Positions 47,501 through 55,224 of a DNA stretch of 64,000 nucleotides are shown here, piece by piece. This DNA is from a virus. Made by a program: the position numbers and the translations under genes. The notes under the pieces were generated by a model, which was not told the origin of the DNA, did no database searches, and saw only the letters and a program-made list of their open reading frames with translations. Where the stretch lies: IMG/VR virus record IMGVR_UViG_3300008259_000017, positions 1 to 64,000 of that record; one strand, given 5' to 3'. The stretch's first letter is position 1, and the number at the start of each line of letters is the position of its first letter.

Positions 47501-49433
47501 AATAAAGCTAATAAGCCCAATTGATGGATTCTCAGACTTTATAGAGTATGTAGGCGTTGATAGCGGGTTTGGAGATACTATATATTCATTTAAGCCAAAG
47601 CCATTGGTTGCAACTGTTGACGTCTATGAAAGTGGTGTAGATCCAGTTACAGGAGAGGCTACTGTAACTTCTAGACAGGTAACAAAGACGTTTGGAGGTA
47701 TACCATCGTTTGCGATAGTTGATGATAGATTTAATGTTTATTTTATAGAAGATGGCGGATTAAATATAAAACTTGAACAAACAGATGACGGAAGATATAC
47801 TCCTGTAATTGATACAATATTTGCAAAAATGATTAACTATCCAGCCGCAACTTCTAGATCTTTTGATAAAGAAGAGGAGTCTATAACAAGAAAGACGAAC
47901 GCCTATGTTGGTGGTAATAAAAAAGTTAGAGCGGACATAACAAAGAACTTGTTAGCATATTCCGGAGGAGATGAAGTAAAGCAAAATAGATCTAGTGGAT
48001 ATGGAGATGATCTTGGTGATGCAATGCTTAAGATGCAAGAGAATGCATCATTTTTCCAGTCATTAACTGCCCAACAGTATATAGAGATAAATGACAATGG
48101 TGGGGACAGTATAGTAGAAAGAGATACTGATGAGACTTTATTTGGATCATCAAAGCCATTCTTTGTTGCTGGACCAAATGGCGGTCCATATACAATTTAT
48201 ATAAATTATAACAAACTAAACGACAATCTATTTAATGATGGAGCAATAACTTCTTCTGGTAATTACGTAGGAAAGAATGGAGCAAGAGATTTAAAGATAT
48301 ATTTAAATACATTTCTTCCTGATAATCCTATACAAGCAGATCCTCCATATCCAGAGTATGGCGTATATGAGTTTATAAATGGAACTGTACTTGAAAATGA
48401 TGATTTAAGATATGCCGTAACAAATATAGACGTATTTGTATTTCCTCAGATTTACTTTGTAGACATGAGGCAGGTTGCAGATGATATAGCTGCAGCCTGT
48501 GGAACATCGCAAGCAAACCAGCTATTATTGGATATGCCGGGCTTTACAATGGACTTCAACGCAGACGTAGTTGAGCCGTACAATAGGTGTTTAAATGACT
48601 TTATGGGCTTCTTTTTGGATGAGGAAAAGGGGGTCGTTTCAAAGGCAAGGGCAACTATGGCAGCAGGCGGAATACCAGAAAAGATATCTATAGCAGATAT
48701 AAAATCTGTATATGACTCTTTTGTAATTTGTACAAATCTTGCAATTGATGACTCATGTAAGTTTACAGTAAATCCACTAAATACAAGCTTTAAGTTAATG
48801 GGAGACTTAGATGAAACCCCATTGGATGGATATATAGATCCAGCGAATACAATAACAGAGGTCGAACTTGACGGTGCTGTATCAACCATGCCTACAATAA
48901 CTGGCGCAATGGAGTATGCATCAGGAATAGGTGACTCTGTAACTGTAAATGCAAAATCAAGAGCAATTATCCAAATAATCCCAAGAGATTCTTATGATGA
49001 TCAAATTATTGACACACTTGATTTAAGAAATAAAATAAGAGTTGATATAATTTCTGATAGCACAAGCTCTGGGGCTAAGCTTGAAAAAATTGATGTTGAT
49101 CAGGATTTATTAATTAAAAAAGAAGGATCTATATATACACTAGCTATATCCTCTAATACTCCAGGTAAAGTAACAATTAAAGCAAGCATTTGTGATGTTA
49201 CAATCCAGGCGGTAACAGAGAGAGGTATAAAAATAGATACTATTGATCAGAATTGCATACCAAATATAGAAGAAAATGATACAGAATTATTTGCACCAGG
49301 TTCATTGATAAAGGTTGATAGAATTCTTACTGTATTATTTATCGCTCCAAAAGCTCAGACTATGTTTGAATCTAATAATGATGGCGCATCAGTTACAATA
49401 CCACAAGTAGTATTTACAGACATGGCAAATTAA
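41598..49433 (+). CDS. 2611-aa baseplate-locus protein with Ig-like domains, coiled coil and a long hydrophobic helical region
   Basis: IPT-like ITQIIP...FKIVGENLEN; hydrophobic Cys-containing stretch at ~46260-46790; DSDGDGKID EF-hand-like loop; C-terminal Big-type Ig (IQIIPRDSYD...IYTLAISSNTPGKVTIKASI). Confidence 0.6.
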   Translation: MSSILSVVAGAINKQEVNVSIDINCNPVDPATVGADLFGNPIYEVISPINTENLVPLNGGSVLKVYGNPGFTIGIDGSGSQTSSYASKIRAIKSIISSELEQSSLKERAFDGYKSMSWIRTRINKCLASISNYISSVPYDKSIYQEDKVPEFILSRRYFTAANDIKTTTDSYKNYLSGLGKRDEELNPFGYFCFIPFEAILYIFELLSNISPDGLTGTGLFSANALSPDSERITFKSIYDALLDVSVNGVSWSNKTSAVLASAVLELFSVIRFDENSYYTDASDKNKLAGYYTFLNGTFYLKTPNLSGKDSRESYSDFIYIDNDGSLELLQFVLEILLPEDSLSKSLPILYSQLPNLSIINVTIDYTDGASEQANRNITLEKMNKKAYGELKDYSFKLSPIIKSSLRNNNILNTISKFNQSCSGLAINKDQAIEAFPIPVDINFKYFNQVKDYNQKAEDLFKLYNSVPLHLDVSKSITRVDSLDSYLSAINRPELILSDRDSEITTNQLEKNDLALFSTSNQYSRIALSGSKPEYLFKFEKGLELPPVPNIDSQNAYPLHWLSLNQSEGENEFSLSLSQDSVAKLNSIYSIEKETGNGIINLLDVEFALYIIHNATGQFLRLPGPNILINVAESSITQIIPDGFYGGKPITPSDNLSFKIVGENLENAQGVYIALETEDRLIIGSNEPGFIATNNQISVFSTKLWSEVLSLIGKFKVFVKTIKTANKKTNTKEINISADGTSAQNLERNINTKLFFTSLNSIYSSVEGKPKKLANNVINNKSPDSIPLALDGTSVSLSLKSKDTYVFSESSRGGLYCYLAVKDEDIANSVGLKSDVAKVTVAGENYYFNKKLEWAYGSEYFKKSKIGNLVELSIPGPAKNTPLNLSKFIETTGAHKSYLIFTNSKITSNTEFDITSSTSEFPVSILQLGKDQLDKPAFITPPYILGLFADIDKESGGAADFNISEAYNAQEGLFLKIKNAIPSGMLSSDVIVKINGSESISAKDNIKYLMVLFKSPNRKSNILSKYHNFYIESLKINKFRFRKVKYLEKNIAVAIFKNINNLPKIGYSEVKILRQNLEHFGTTSSDLYTKVSKRINTVQPDGNDIILNTDVRSLDSYNVLNGKLIPENCIVPINTNSVYSGILQYFGYLTPAALAPRWSANEGLEDISRDPPPYIRFSNPVIIKTNIDLFVGDESSNPYGAVLSDQKVEDGATKEDYVKLSSEKIYPIVSREYAESKAALQKKESEQKLNNITSSNEKIKDSDTATEEDKAAAESSSLIVTDIAGLQGELDALLANVNSATAEIMAKIEQINELLRKASAIADKLSSGVFAALDSIEEMIGNTSRPEDVSAISQYRCLIPDTIAKNSSYSSYDGSEFFITITTHIAKAHSIKQRIPEILKISIDGKEYNSDNYKDITIGSNPIVINIYVKDGDKDLKIELSKFRVSSTFKEKTSDGIFIYTATINPSDRIQLFETNDCIKLSVSTTNKDRLNINRTISPEFGQDIDRAMDRAKGGIDKFKKKSKKKIDDKIKQAKLKVGPWITDASLAAQDVIRSFCDFSFHLTAEIAFQLKALRIIYVPIKVIFCIIDVLCALTNPVKLALAIIRLFVCLFDLLLLLPQLALPVLFLTLLIHILELLLCVIQKIITMVVATNEIIDALERAVKERSFEAIKNLEIALEEHLITIEADLQVMEPILQIIALIQELLQLVFAFPCQVNQDPDDPGCIDPSMLAGLIVGKVAPSGQLVPDAMIPMAQAYTNLSSQRTGTEGNTPDSPDHDPEDVTDIDYNSPPKNEAGNKISNVLYKTTEAIDANSDVIVSNNSLFAGNALPDLIDSQTQLPKTVQPGGYFSGDSDGDGKIDNINYEKLRFKNGDFNATFTMSCTKAKKKFSFGLPFLNPKNDPRFVEFRFNNRGLTNNFIFGKFANFFGIKGKVIDENFPLDSNPTFLSANGNELKIFSQASSSFNSDKIKLISPIDGFSDFIEYVGVDSGFGDTIYSFKPKPLVATVDVYESGVDPVTGEATVTSRQVTKTFGGIPSFAIVDDRFNVYFIEDGGLNIKLEQTDDGRYTPVIDTIFAKMINYPAATSRSFDKEEESITRKTNAYVGGNKKVRADITKNLLAYSGGDEVKQNRSSGYGDDLGDAMLKMQENASFFQSLTAQQYIEINDNGGDSIVERDTDETLFGSSKPFFVAGPNGGPYTIYINYNKLNDNLFNDGAITSSGNYVGKNGARDLKIYLNTFLPDNPIQADPPYPEYGVYEFINGTVLENDDLRYAVTNIDVFVFPQIYFVDMRQVADDIAAACGTSQANQLLLDMPGFTMDFNADVVEPYNRCLNDFMGFFLDEEKGVVSKARATMAAGGIPEKISIADIKSVYDSFVICTNLAIDDSCKFTVNPLNTSFKLMGDLDETPLDGYIDPANTITEVELDGAVSTMPTITGAMEYASGIGDSVTVNAKSRAIIQIIPRDSYDDQIIDTLDLRNKIRVDIISDSTSSGAKLEKIDVDQDLLIKKEGSIYTLAISSNTPGKVTIKASICDVTIQAVTERGIKIDTIDQNCIPNIEENDTELFAPGSLIKVDRILTVLFIAPKAQTMFESNNDGASVTIPQVVFTDMAN

Positions 49434-51415
49434 TGAATTTTGAAAATATAGATAAAATAACAAAACTATTACAAGATCAGAACAGTACTGTTAATCCTGA
49501 TTTGATTCAGACGCTTGAGCAAGCAAGGGTTTTGCTTTCTGAAATCTATGATGTAGAAGAATCTAATGCAGAATCTGCAGAGGCAAAAGGTGCAGAAAAT
49601 AATATTTATGAATTTGCATACAATAAAATTAATGCAGAATTTGATAAATTATTTAATGAAATAGAAAACAACAGATCTAGTTATATGCCATACAGCTTGT
49701 ATAAACAAGTTTTAAAATTTTCAGAAGAAGATACTAGTGGATCAAGCGAAGTATTAAATGAATCAACTATAATTGAAAGCCCTCAAAACGCATTCTATAG
49801 AATGGTTGGACTTCCATCGTCAGAGGACTTGGAGGTTAGCTATAAACTTCCAATAATAAATACCAGTGGTGAGCTAAAAGATAATGTAGTTAGTGCTCGC
49901 AATATTTATAACTTTTTAGACTCAAGGCAGGCTGCTTATTCTATTAGCTGCTCTAATGCCATATCTCAATATAATATATACAATCAAAGATCATCAGAAG
50001 ATATATTGAAAAAAAGTTATCACCTAAGTGATGATAAGTATGACGATGTAATTAATATGTCAAATTTGATTGGCAGTCTTTTACTTTCAACTAGTGAAAA
50101 CTACTCTCAAAATTTTACAGCTACTTTGCAAGAAATAAACAGCTATAAAGAAGATGTTGTTTTACTTGAAGAGAGTACTGATGGATTAAACCCTTCGCTA
50201 TTTGATAAGATTATTTCAGATATGGATGGTATGAAGTTTGAAGAAGGTATACAATATATATCTAATAACTTATTTTTATTTTATGGAAGCTTTCTAACTT
50301 TTATTTATTTGATCAGCAACCCAAACAACCAGCAAGATGAGGCTCCAAATATAAGTGATATATCTTTTCTTTTAAATGATTTGGTTTTTAAAAAAGAAGT
50401 TGACGAAACTGTAAACAATATTGAAAATATATTCTTTAATTATAGCTCATTTTTATTTCCAATGGTTCAAGACGGAAGAATTGCAAAATGTATAAATGAT
50501 CCTGAAAAAATAATTGCAGAGCCATTCTCTCCAAAAAGCAAGCGAGTGATAAATGGAAAGGGATTGAAATCTTCATTACTTGAGACAATAATAAGAATAA
50601 GGAGTGATGTAAATTCTGGAACTAAAAAGTATTTATTTGATGATTTTAAAATATCCAATAATCAAAATATAGTAACAAATGAGGATATATCTGGACCTAC
50701 ACTAGGTTATATAGAGTCTTTGTTAATAATTAGAATGCTAGATTCGTTATCCTTACTTGCTAAAAATGTAAGAAACTCTATAAATACAATTTCTAAGTCA
50801 CAAAGAAAGAATAAAATAGGGTTATACTCAAGCTGCAACAAAATAAGGAGGTCCAATCCAACTACAGCTTCAGGTCATGAAACAATCCAAGATAAGCCAG
50901 AGGCAGAAAGATTAAATGCAATGCTTCTTATAGAAGATTCTTTGATGCTGGTACTTGGAACTGGAGAGGAGCAGGGAGTTGTAGATCTTCAGGTTGGAAC
51001 TGCAAGAAATTCATCAATATCAAACTCAGTATTAATGCCATCATTATTAAATGTTGCTCAAGTTCCTAGAAACTATATAAATAATAGGCTTTTAGAGATA
51101 AAGAAAGATGGACATTCGTCAACCTCAACTGGAAACAAATCACAGGGAGGTATAGAGACTGCGATAGGCATTGCAAGCGGAATAGGTATGGTTGACTTTA
51201 TAGTTTTAACATTATCACTTTTAACTATAGACGAGGTCAGCTTGATAGCTCTTTTGAACAAATCCCAAAGAGAAGCCATGTTTAATGAGTTGAAAACTTT
51301 ATCTGGATTTAGAAAATCTGTTGAAGAGCAAACTATATATAGCTCTGTAAATAGATTAACCCAAATAACTCACTCTTATTACAATATCTTTATAGATTTG
51401 CTAAAGAACATATAA
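49433..51415 (+). CDS. 660-aa helical hypothetical virion protein
   Basis: TAATG coupling; mostly helical; hydrophobic C-terminal AIGIASGIGMVDFIVLTLSLL. Confidence 0.6.
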   Translation: MNFENIDKITKLLQDQNSTVNPDLIQTLEQARVLLSEIYDVEESNAESAEAKGAENNIYEFAYNKINAEFDKLFNEIENNRSSYMPYSLYKQVLKFSEEDTSGSSEVLNESTIIESPQNAFYRMVGLPSSEDLEVSYKLPIINTSGELKDNVVSARNIYNFLDSRQAAYSISCSNAISQYNIYNQRSSEDILKKSYHLSDDKYDDVINMSNLIGSLLLSTSENYSQNFTATLQEINSYKEDVVLLEESTDGLNPSLFDKIISDMDGMKFEEGIQYISNNLFLFYGSFLTFIYLISNPNNQQDEAPNISDISFLLNDLVFKKEVDETVNNIENIFFNYSSFLFPMVQDGRIAKCINDPEKIIAEPFSPKSKRVINGKGLKSSLLETIIRIRSDVNSGTKKYLFDDFKISNNQNIVTNEDISGPTLGYIESLLIIRMLDSLSLLAKNVRNSINTISKSQRKNKIGLYSSCNKIRRSNPTTASGHETIQDKPEAERLNAMLLIEDSLMLVLGTGEEQGVVDLQVGTARNSSISNSVLMPSLLNVAQVPRNYINNRLLEIKKDGHSSTSTGNKSQGGIETAIGIASGIGMVDFIVLTLSLLTIDEVSLIALLNKSQREAMFNELKTLSGFRKSVEEQTIYSSVNRLTQITHSYYNIFIDLLKNI

Positions 51416-51481
51416 AGTCTATGACTATTTTAAAGCCTAAATATCTATTATTTTTATTTGAATATTTAGGTTATACAAAAA

Positions 51482-51910
51482 ATGTCATTTGATTTAAAAA
51501 TAGCAAAAGGAGACTTGCAGCTAAATCCTGATGGAACTGCATCAATTGCAAGCGGCAATCAAAAGTTAAGACAAGATATATTGAAAATATTGCTTACATC
51601 TTTTGGTGATAATAAATATCATCCAGGCTATGGAAGTAATCTGAGTATGCTTGAGATTGGATCATCAGACATTGTAATTGCTGAAAATGAAATTAAAAGT
51701 TCAGTAATATCATCTATAAATACTTTAATGAGCATGCAGAGATCTCAAGCAAAATATCAAACACTTTATCCATCTGAAGTTATAGTATCTATATTGGATG
51801 TTCAAGTAGGAAGAGATTCTCTTGATCCAAGAATGTATAATTTAAGAATATCCATATTGACTCAGCAACTTACTGAGGTATTTGATAATATAACAATAAG
51901 ATTATTATAG
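51482..51910 (+). CDS. gp25-like baseplate wedge/sheath initiator
   Basis: DLKIAKGDL...LRQDILKILLT..G...HPGYGSNL...DPR. Confidence 0.85.
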   Translation: MSFDLKIAKGDLQLNPDGTASIASGNQKLRQDILKILLTSFGDNKYHPGYGSNLSMLEIGSSDIVIAENEIKSSVISSINTLMSMQRSQAKYQTLYPSEVIVSILDVQVGRDSLDPRMYNLRISILTQQLTEVFDNITIRLL

Positions 51911-51919
51911 GATTAAAAA

Positions 51920-54900
51920 ATGGCAACAACAAGAGGATTTAGTGAAATAGTAAACTCAATGATTGAGAGGCTAAAGGTTAGCCAGCCAAATCTAGACACA
52001 AAGCCTGGTACAGTATCTAGAGATTTGTTTATTGATCTGCCAGCAGATCAATTATCAAAATTTTACAGTTTATTAAATATAATAGCAGGCAAGCAGTCAT
52101 TGGCAACGTCCTCTGGTCAGGATTTAGACCTTCTTGCTGGAAATTTTGGAATTGGAAGAACTACTGGATCTCCAGCTTCAGGATATGTAGTGCTATGTAT
52201 TAATACTTTAAATTCAGACATTCCAATTCCAACTGGAACTATAGTTACCGCAAGAAATGGTTTTACATATAAAGTTCTTGGAAATTATTCATTATCTGTA
52301 TCTGATAAGGGAAGGTTATCATCAAATGCAAATAGATTAAGAAAAGCGCTAAATATTGCAGGCATATCCTCAAACTATGCACTAGAGATACCGGTAGAGT
52401 GCTCTAGGGTGGGCGAAGCTGGAAACATATCTTCGATGCAGATAGTATCAATAGACCTAGAGGCAAACGGATTAAGTGTAACAAATCTTTCCTCATTTTC
52501 TGGTGGAACATCAAGAGAACAGGATGATTCTTTTAGATCTAGGATTTTATCAGTATTTAGTGGTGCAAACATAGGAACAAGTGCAAGCTACAGAAACACT
52601 GCTATATCAGTCAATGGAGTTCAGGATGCGTTAGTTGTCGAGCCTGGAAGTTCTCTTATGCTAAGAGATGGCACTGAAGTTATTTCAGTATCTGATAATT
52701 CAAAGAGAATTATAAACTCAGGAACAGGTGGAAAAGTAGACTTATATGTTCTTGGCTCAAAAACTAGTCAGGTATCTGAAACATATATTTATACAGATCT
52801 TTCTGGCAAAGGAGATGCAACAAGAGAGGAAAATGATTATATTCTTGGACAAGCTAACCAAGACCTAACTAGAACTGTTGCAGAAAGAAGAGTTTTATCA
52901 CTAAAAACTGGAAACATACCTTTGCAACCAGTATCGAGTATGGTATCAGTAGTGGGAAGTTCATCTGGTGAGCTTGTAGAGAAGTATACTGATGCATCTG
53001 GTGCGGTAGTTGGAAATTATGAGCTGATAAAAGATACATCAGATGATGTTGGTGGAAGTCCATTCGGCTTTGACAAGATTCATTTTATATCAAATATTAA
53101 AAAAATTGAAGGAGAGATTGTAGCAAAGGGGCTTAATAATAGCGTTGATCCTGTTTTATTTACAGAGCTAAATAACATTAACTCTGTTTACTCTGATGTA
53201 ATAGAGACTTCAGATTCAGGCATAGTAAGTAAGGCAGCAAAAAATATAATAAAGGTAAATCATTATCCAGTTGTAAGAGTTAGTAGAGTTCAGAATATAA
53301 CAACTGGAGAGGTTTATATAATTTCAAATCAAAATTTTGATTCTGTAACTGGTTTAAATTTAACTGGCGAGTTTTATATATCTGGAAAACAACTACCATC
53401 TCCTTCTGATATTATATCTGTAAATTATACATGGAGAAAATACTTTAATCCAGCAATAGACTATGCTGGTTATAAAAATATATCTACATTTTATTACTCA
53501 ACGTCTACTGATATAGTAGACTGGACAACTCCAAATGGAATAATAAAAGAAGAATCTACAGTTGAATTAAGTGGCGATGGATTAGAATATATAGTAAGTC
53601 TTTCAAATAATATATCTGCTGTGTCATCAGTCTATACTGACACAGAAGCTTCTGGAACAGTTGAGCAATTTGTAATTGATGGCGATACATTATATGGTGT
53701 GAACATACTATCACCTGTTGACAATGTAGTAAGCGCAAAAAGAGAAGACGGATTGGAATTATTTAATACAACTAAATCAGATGGAAAAATAGTTGGATAT
53801 AAAATTATTTTCCCAAGCGATTCACAGGCATCAGTTGGAGACTTAGTAACTATAAACTATAATAAAATAGAACTGTATAATTTTGATGAATCTGATGCAA
53901 GTTATTCAAATGAAATAATTACTTTGCCAGGACAATCAGTTAGAGAGGCTAATGATTTAGAATCAATTATAACAACTTTGTATACAAATAATCTTCCAGT
54001 TTATATAAACTATGTTGCAAATATAAACCAACTTGTATCTCAAGTTGATTTATCAAAGCTTCCTATACAGTCTATATCAGGATCAAATAATTTATCCTTG
54101 GCAGTTGATACTGTAGATACATTAAGGCAGCCAATGGATCTTTCTTATGTTGATGGTATAGTTAATGATGTAATTAGATTTAGTCCATCACAATTAAGAT
54201 TTGTAGCTACGAATATTTCAAATCCAGGAAAAATAAGAATACAAGGAACGTCTTTTAATACTTATATCCTAACAGTTCCTGGAAAAGATTCATCTGGAAA
54301 GGTTATAAACATTCTTAATGCTCTAAAGGAAGCAACGGGATTACAGAGCCTTCCATCCTATGGAATAGCAAGGGTAAATAATATAGAGGTAACATCTGGA
54401 TTAAAAACTACAACATTAGATATCCATGGATATGGATTGAATAACAATATATATGATAATAAAAGATGCTATAAAGATTCACTGCTAAGCCCATTTGAGG
54501 TTTCTATACCAAGCATTTCTGAAAATCCATCATCATTTAATTCAGGTGACTCAATAGCCATAACATGTCAAGTTTTCAATACTCTTGCGCAAGAAGAGAT
54601 TTCTATAAGATCATCTGGAATAAAAACAACGGTTATGTCATATGGGATTATAAATAAAATATCTATATCTTCCGGATTCAAGAGTCCTGCAGGAATTTTA
54701 AAAGGTAATATAGAGGTTCTGACTTATACTCAGCCTTTAAGCTCTACAAATTATTATTGTAATTATGATTTTATCGCTCCAAAAAATGGAGAAAGATTGA
54801 CAATATCTTATAATCTAAATAACTTAATTATAGATGTTACACAGCAGATAGAGCAGTACAGACCTGTTACTGCAGATGTACTTGTAAAAGAGGCGTTTAA

Positions 54901-55216
54901 CATACAAGTAGATGTCGTGGGAACAATACTTGTAAATGATGATTTTATTTCAGAAGCTGATACAATAGAGCAGAATGTAATAACTGCTATATCAGGACTT
55001 TTAAATACCGGAACATTAGGATCCAGGGTTGATTATTCTGATGCAATATACGCGTCTGCAAATGTAAGAGGCGTTGATTCAGTTAATATTTCTTTATTTA
55101 ATGAATCAGGAAAAGTTGGAAGAAAAGCTTTTATTTCTTCTTTAGAGAATCAGACTATTGTACCTGGTACAATTACAATTAAAGCTGTATCTAAAGATAA
55201 ATTTAAAATTAATTAA
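51920..55216 (+). CDS. Baseplate J / gp6-like wedge protein (enlarged)
   Basis: DTKPGTVSRDLF, GQDLD.LA.NFGI.R...A.G.V, IPTGT.V, GEAGNI, GG...E.DDSFRSRI, VNGVQDA.V; C-terminal LGSRVDYSD...VRGVDSV. Confidence 0.9.
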   Translation: MATTRGFSEIVNSMIERLKVSQPNLDTKPGTVSRDLFIDLPADQLSKFYSLLNIIAGKQSLATSSGQDLDLLAGNFGIGRTTGSPASGYVVLCINTLNSDIPIPTGTIVTARNGFTYKVLGNYSLSVSDKGRLSSNANRLRKALNIAGISSNYALEIPVECSRVGEAGNISSMQIVSIDLEANGLSVTNLSSFSGGTSREQDDSFRSRILSVFSGANIGTSASYRNTAISVNGVQDALVVEPGSSLMLRDGTEVISVSDNSKRIINSGTGGKVDLYVLGSKTSQVSETYIYTDLSGKGDATREENDYILGQANQDLTRTVAERRVLSLKTGNIPLQPVSSMVSVVGSSSGELVEKYTDASGAVVGNYELIKDTSDDVGGSPFGFDKIHFISNIKKIEGEIVAKGLNNSVDPVLFTELNNINSVYSDVIETSDSGIVSKAAKNIIKVNHYPVVRVSRVQNITTGEVYIISNQNFDSVTGLNLTGEFYISGKQLPSPSDIISVNYTWRKYFNPAIDYAGYKNISTFYYSTSTDIVDWTTPNGIIKEESTVELSGDGLEYIVSLSNNISAVSSVYTDTEASGTVEQFVIDGDTLYGVNILSPVDNVVSAKREDGLELFNTTKSDGKIVGYKIIFPSDSQASVGDLVTINYNKIELYNFDESDASYSNEIITLPGQSVREANDLESIITTLYTNNLPVYINYVANINQLVSQVDLSKLPIQSISGSNNLSLAVDTVDTLRQPMDLSYVDGIVNDVIRFSPSQLRFVATNISNPGKIRIQGTSFNTYILTVPGKDSSGKVINILNALKEATGLQSLPSYGIARVNNIEVTSGLKTTTLDIHGYGLNNNIYDNKRCYKDSLLSPFEVSIPSISENPSSFNSGDSIAITCQVFNTLAQEEISIRSSGIKTTVMSYGIINKISISSGFKSPAGILKGNIEVLTYTQPLSSTNYYCNYDFIAPKNGERLTISYNLNNLIIDVTQQIEQYRPVTADVLVKEAFNIQVDVVGTILVNDDFISEADTIEQNVITAISGLLNTGTLGSRVDYSDAIYASANVRGVDSVNISLFNESGKVGRKAFISSLENQTIVPGTITIKAVSKDKFKIN

Positions 55217-55224
55217 GGATTAAA

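Noticed and set aside
26367-55216. Interpretation as an eCIS, tailocin or T6SS locus
   Set aside because: Capsid, decoration and neck genes and a G/GT chaperone are in the same module, indicating a complete phage
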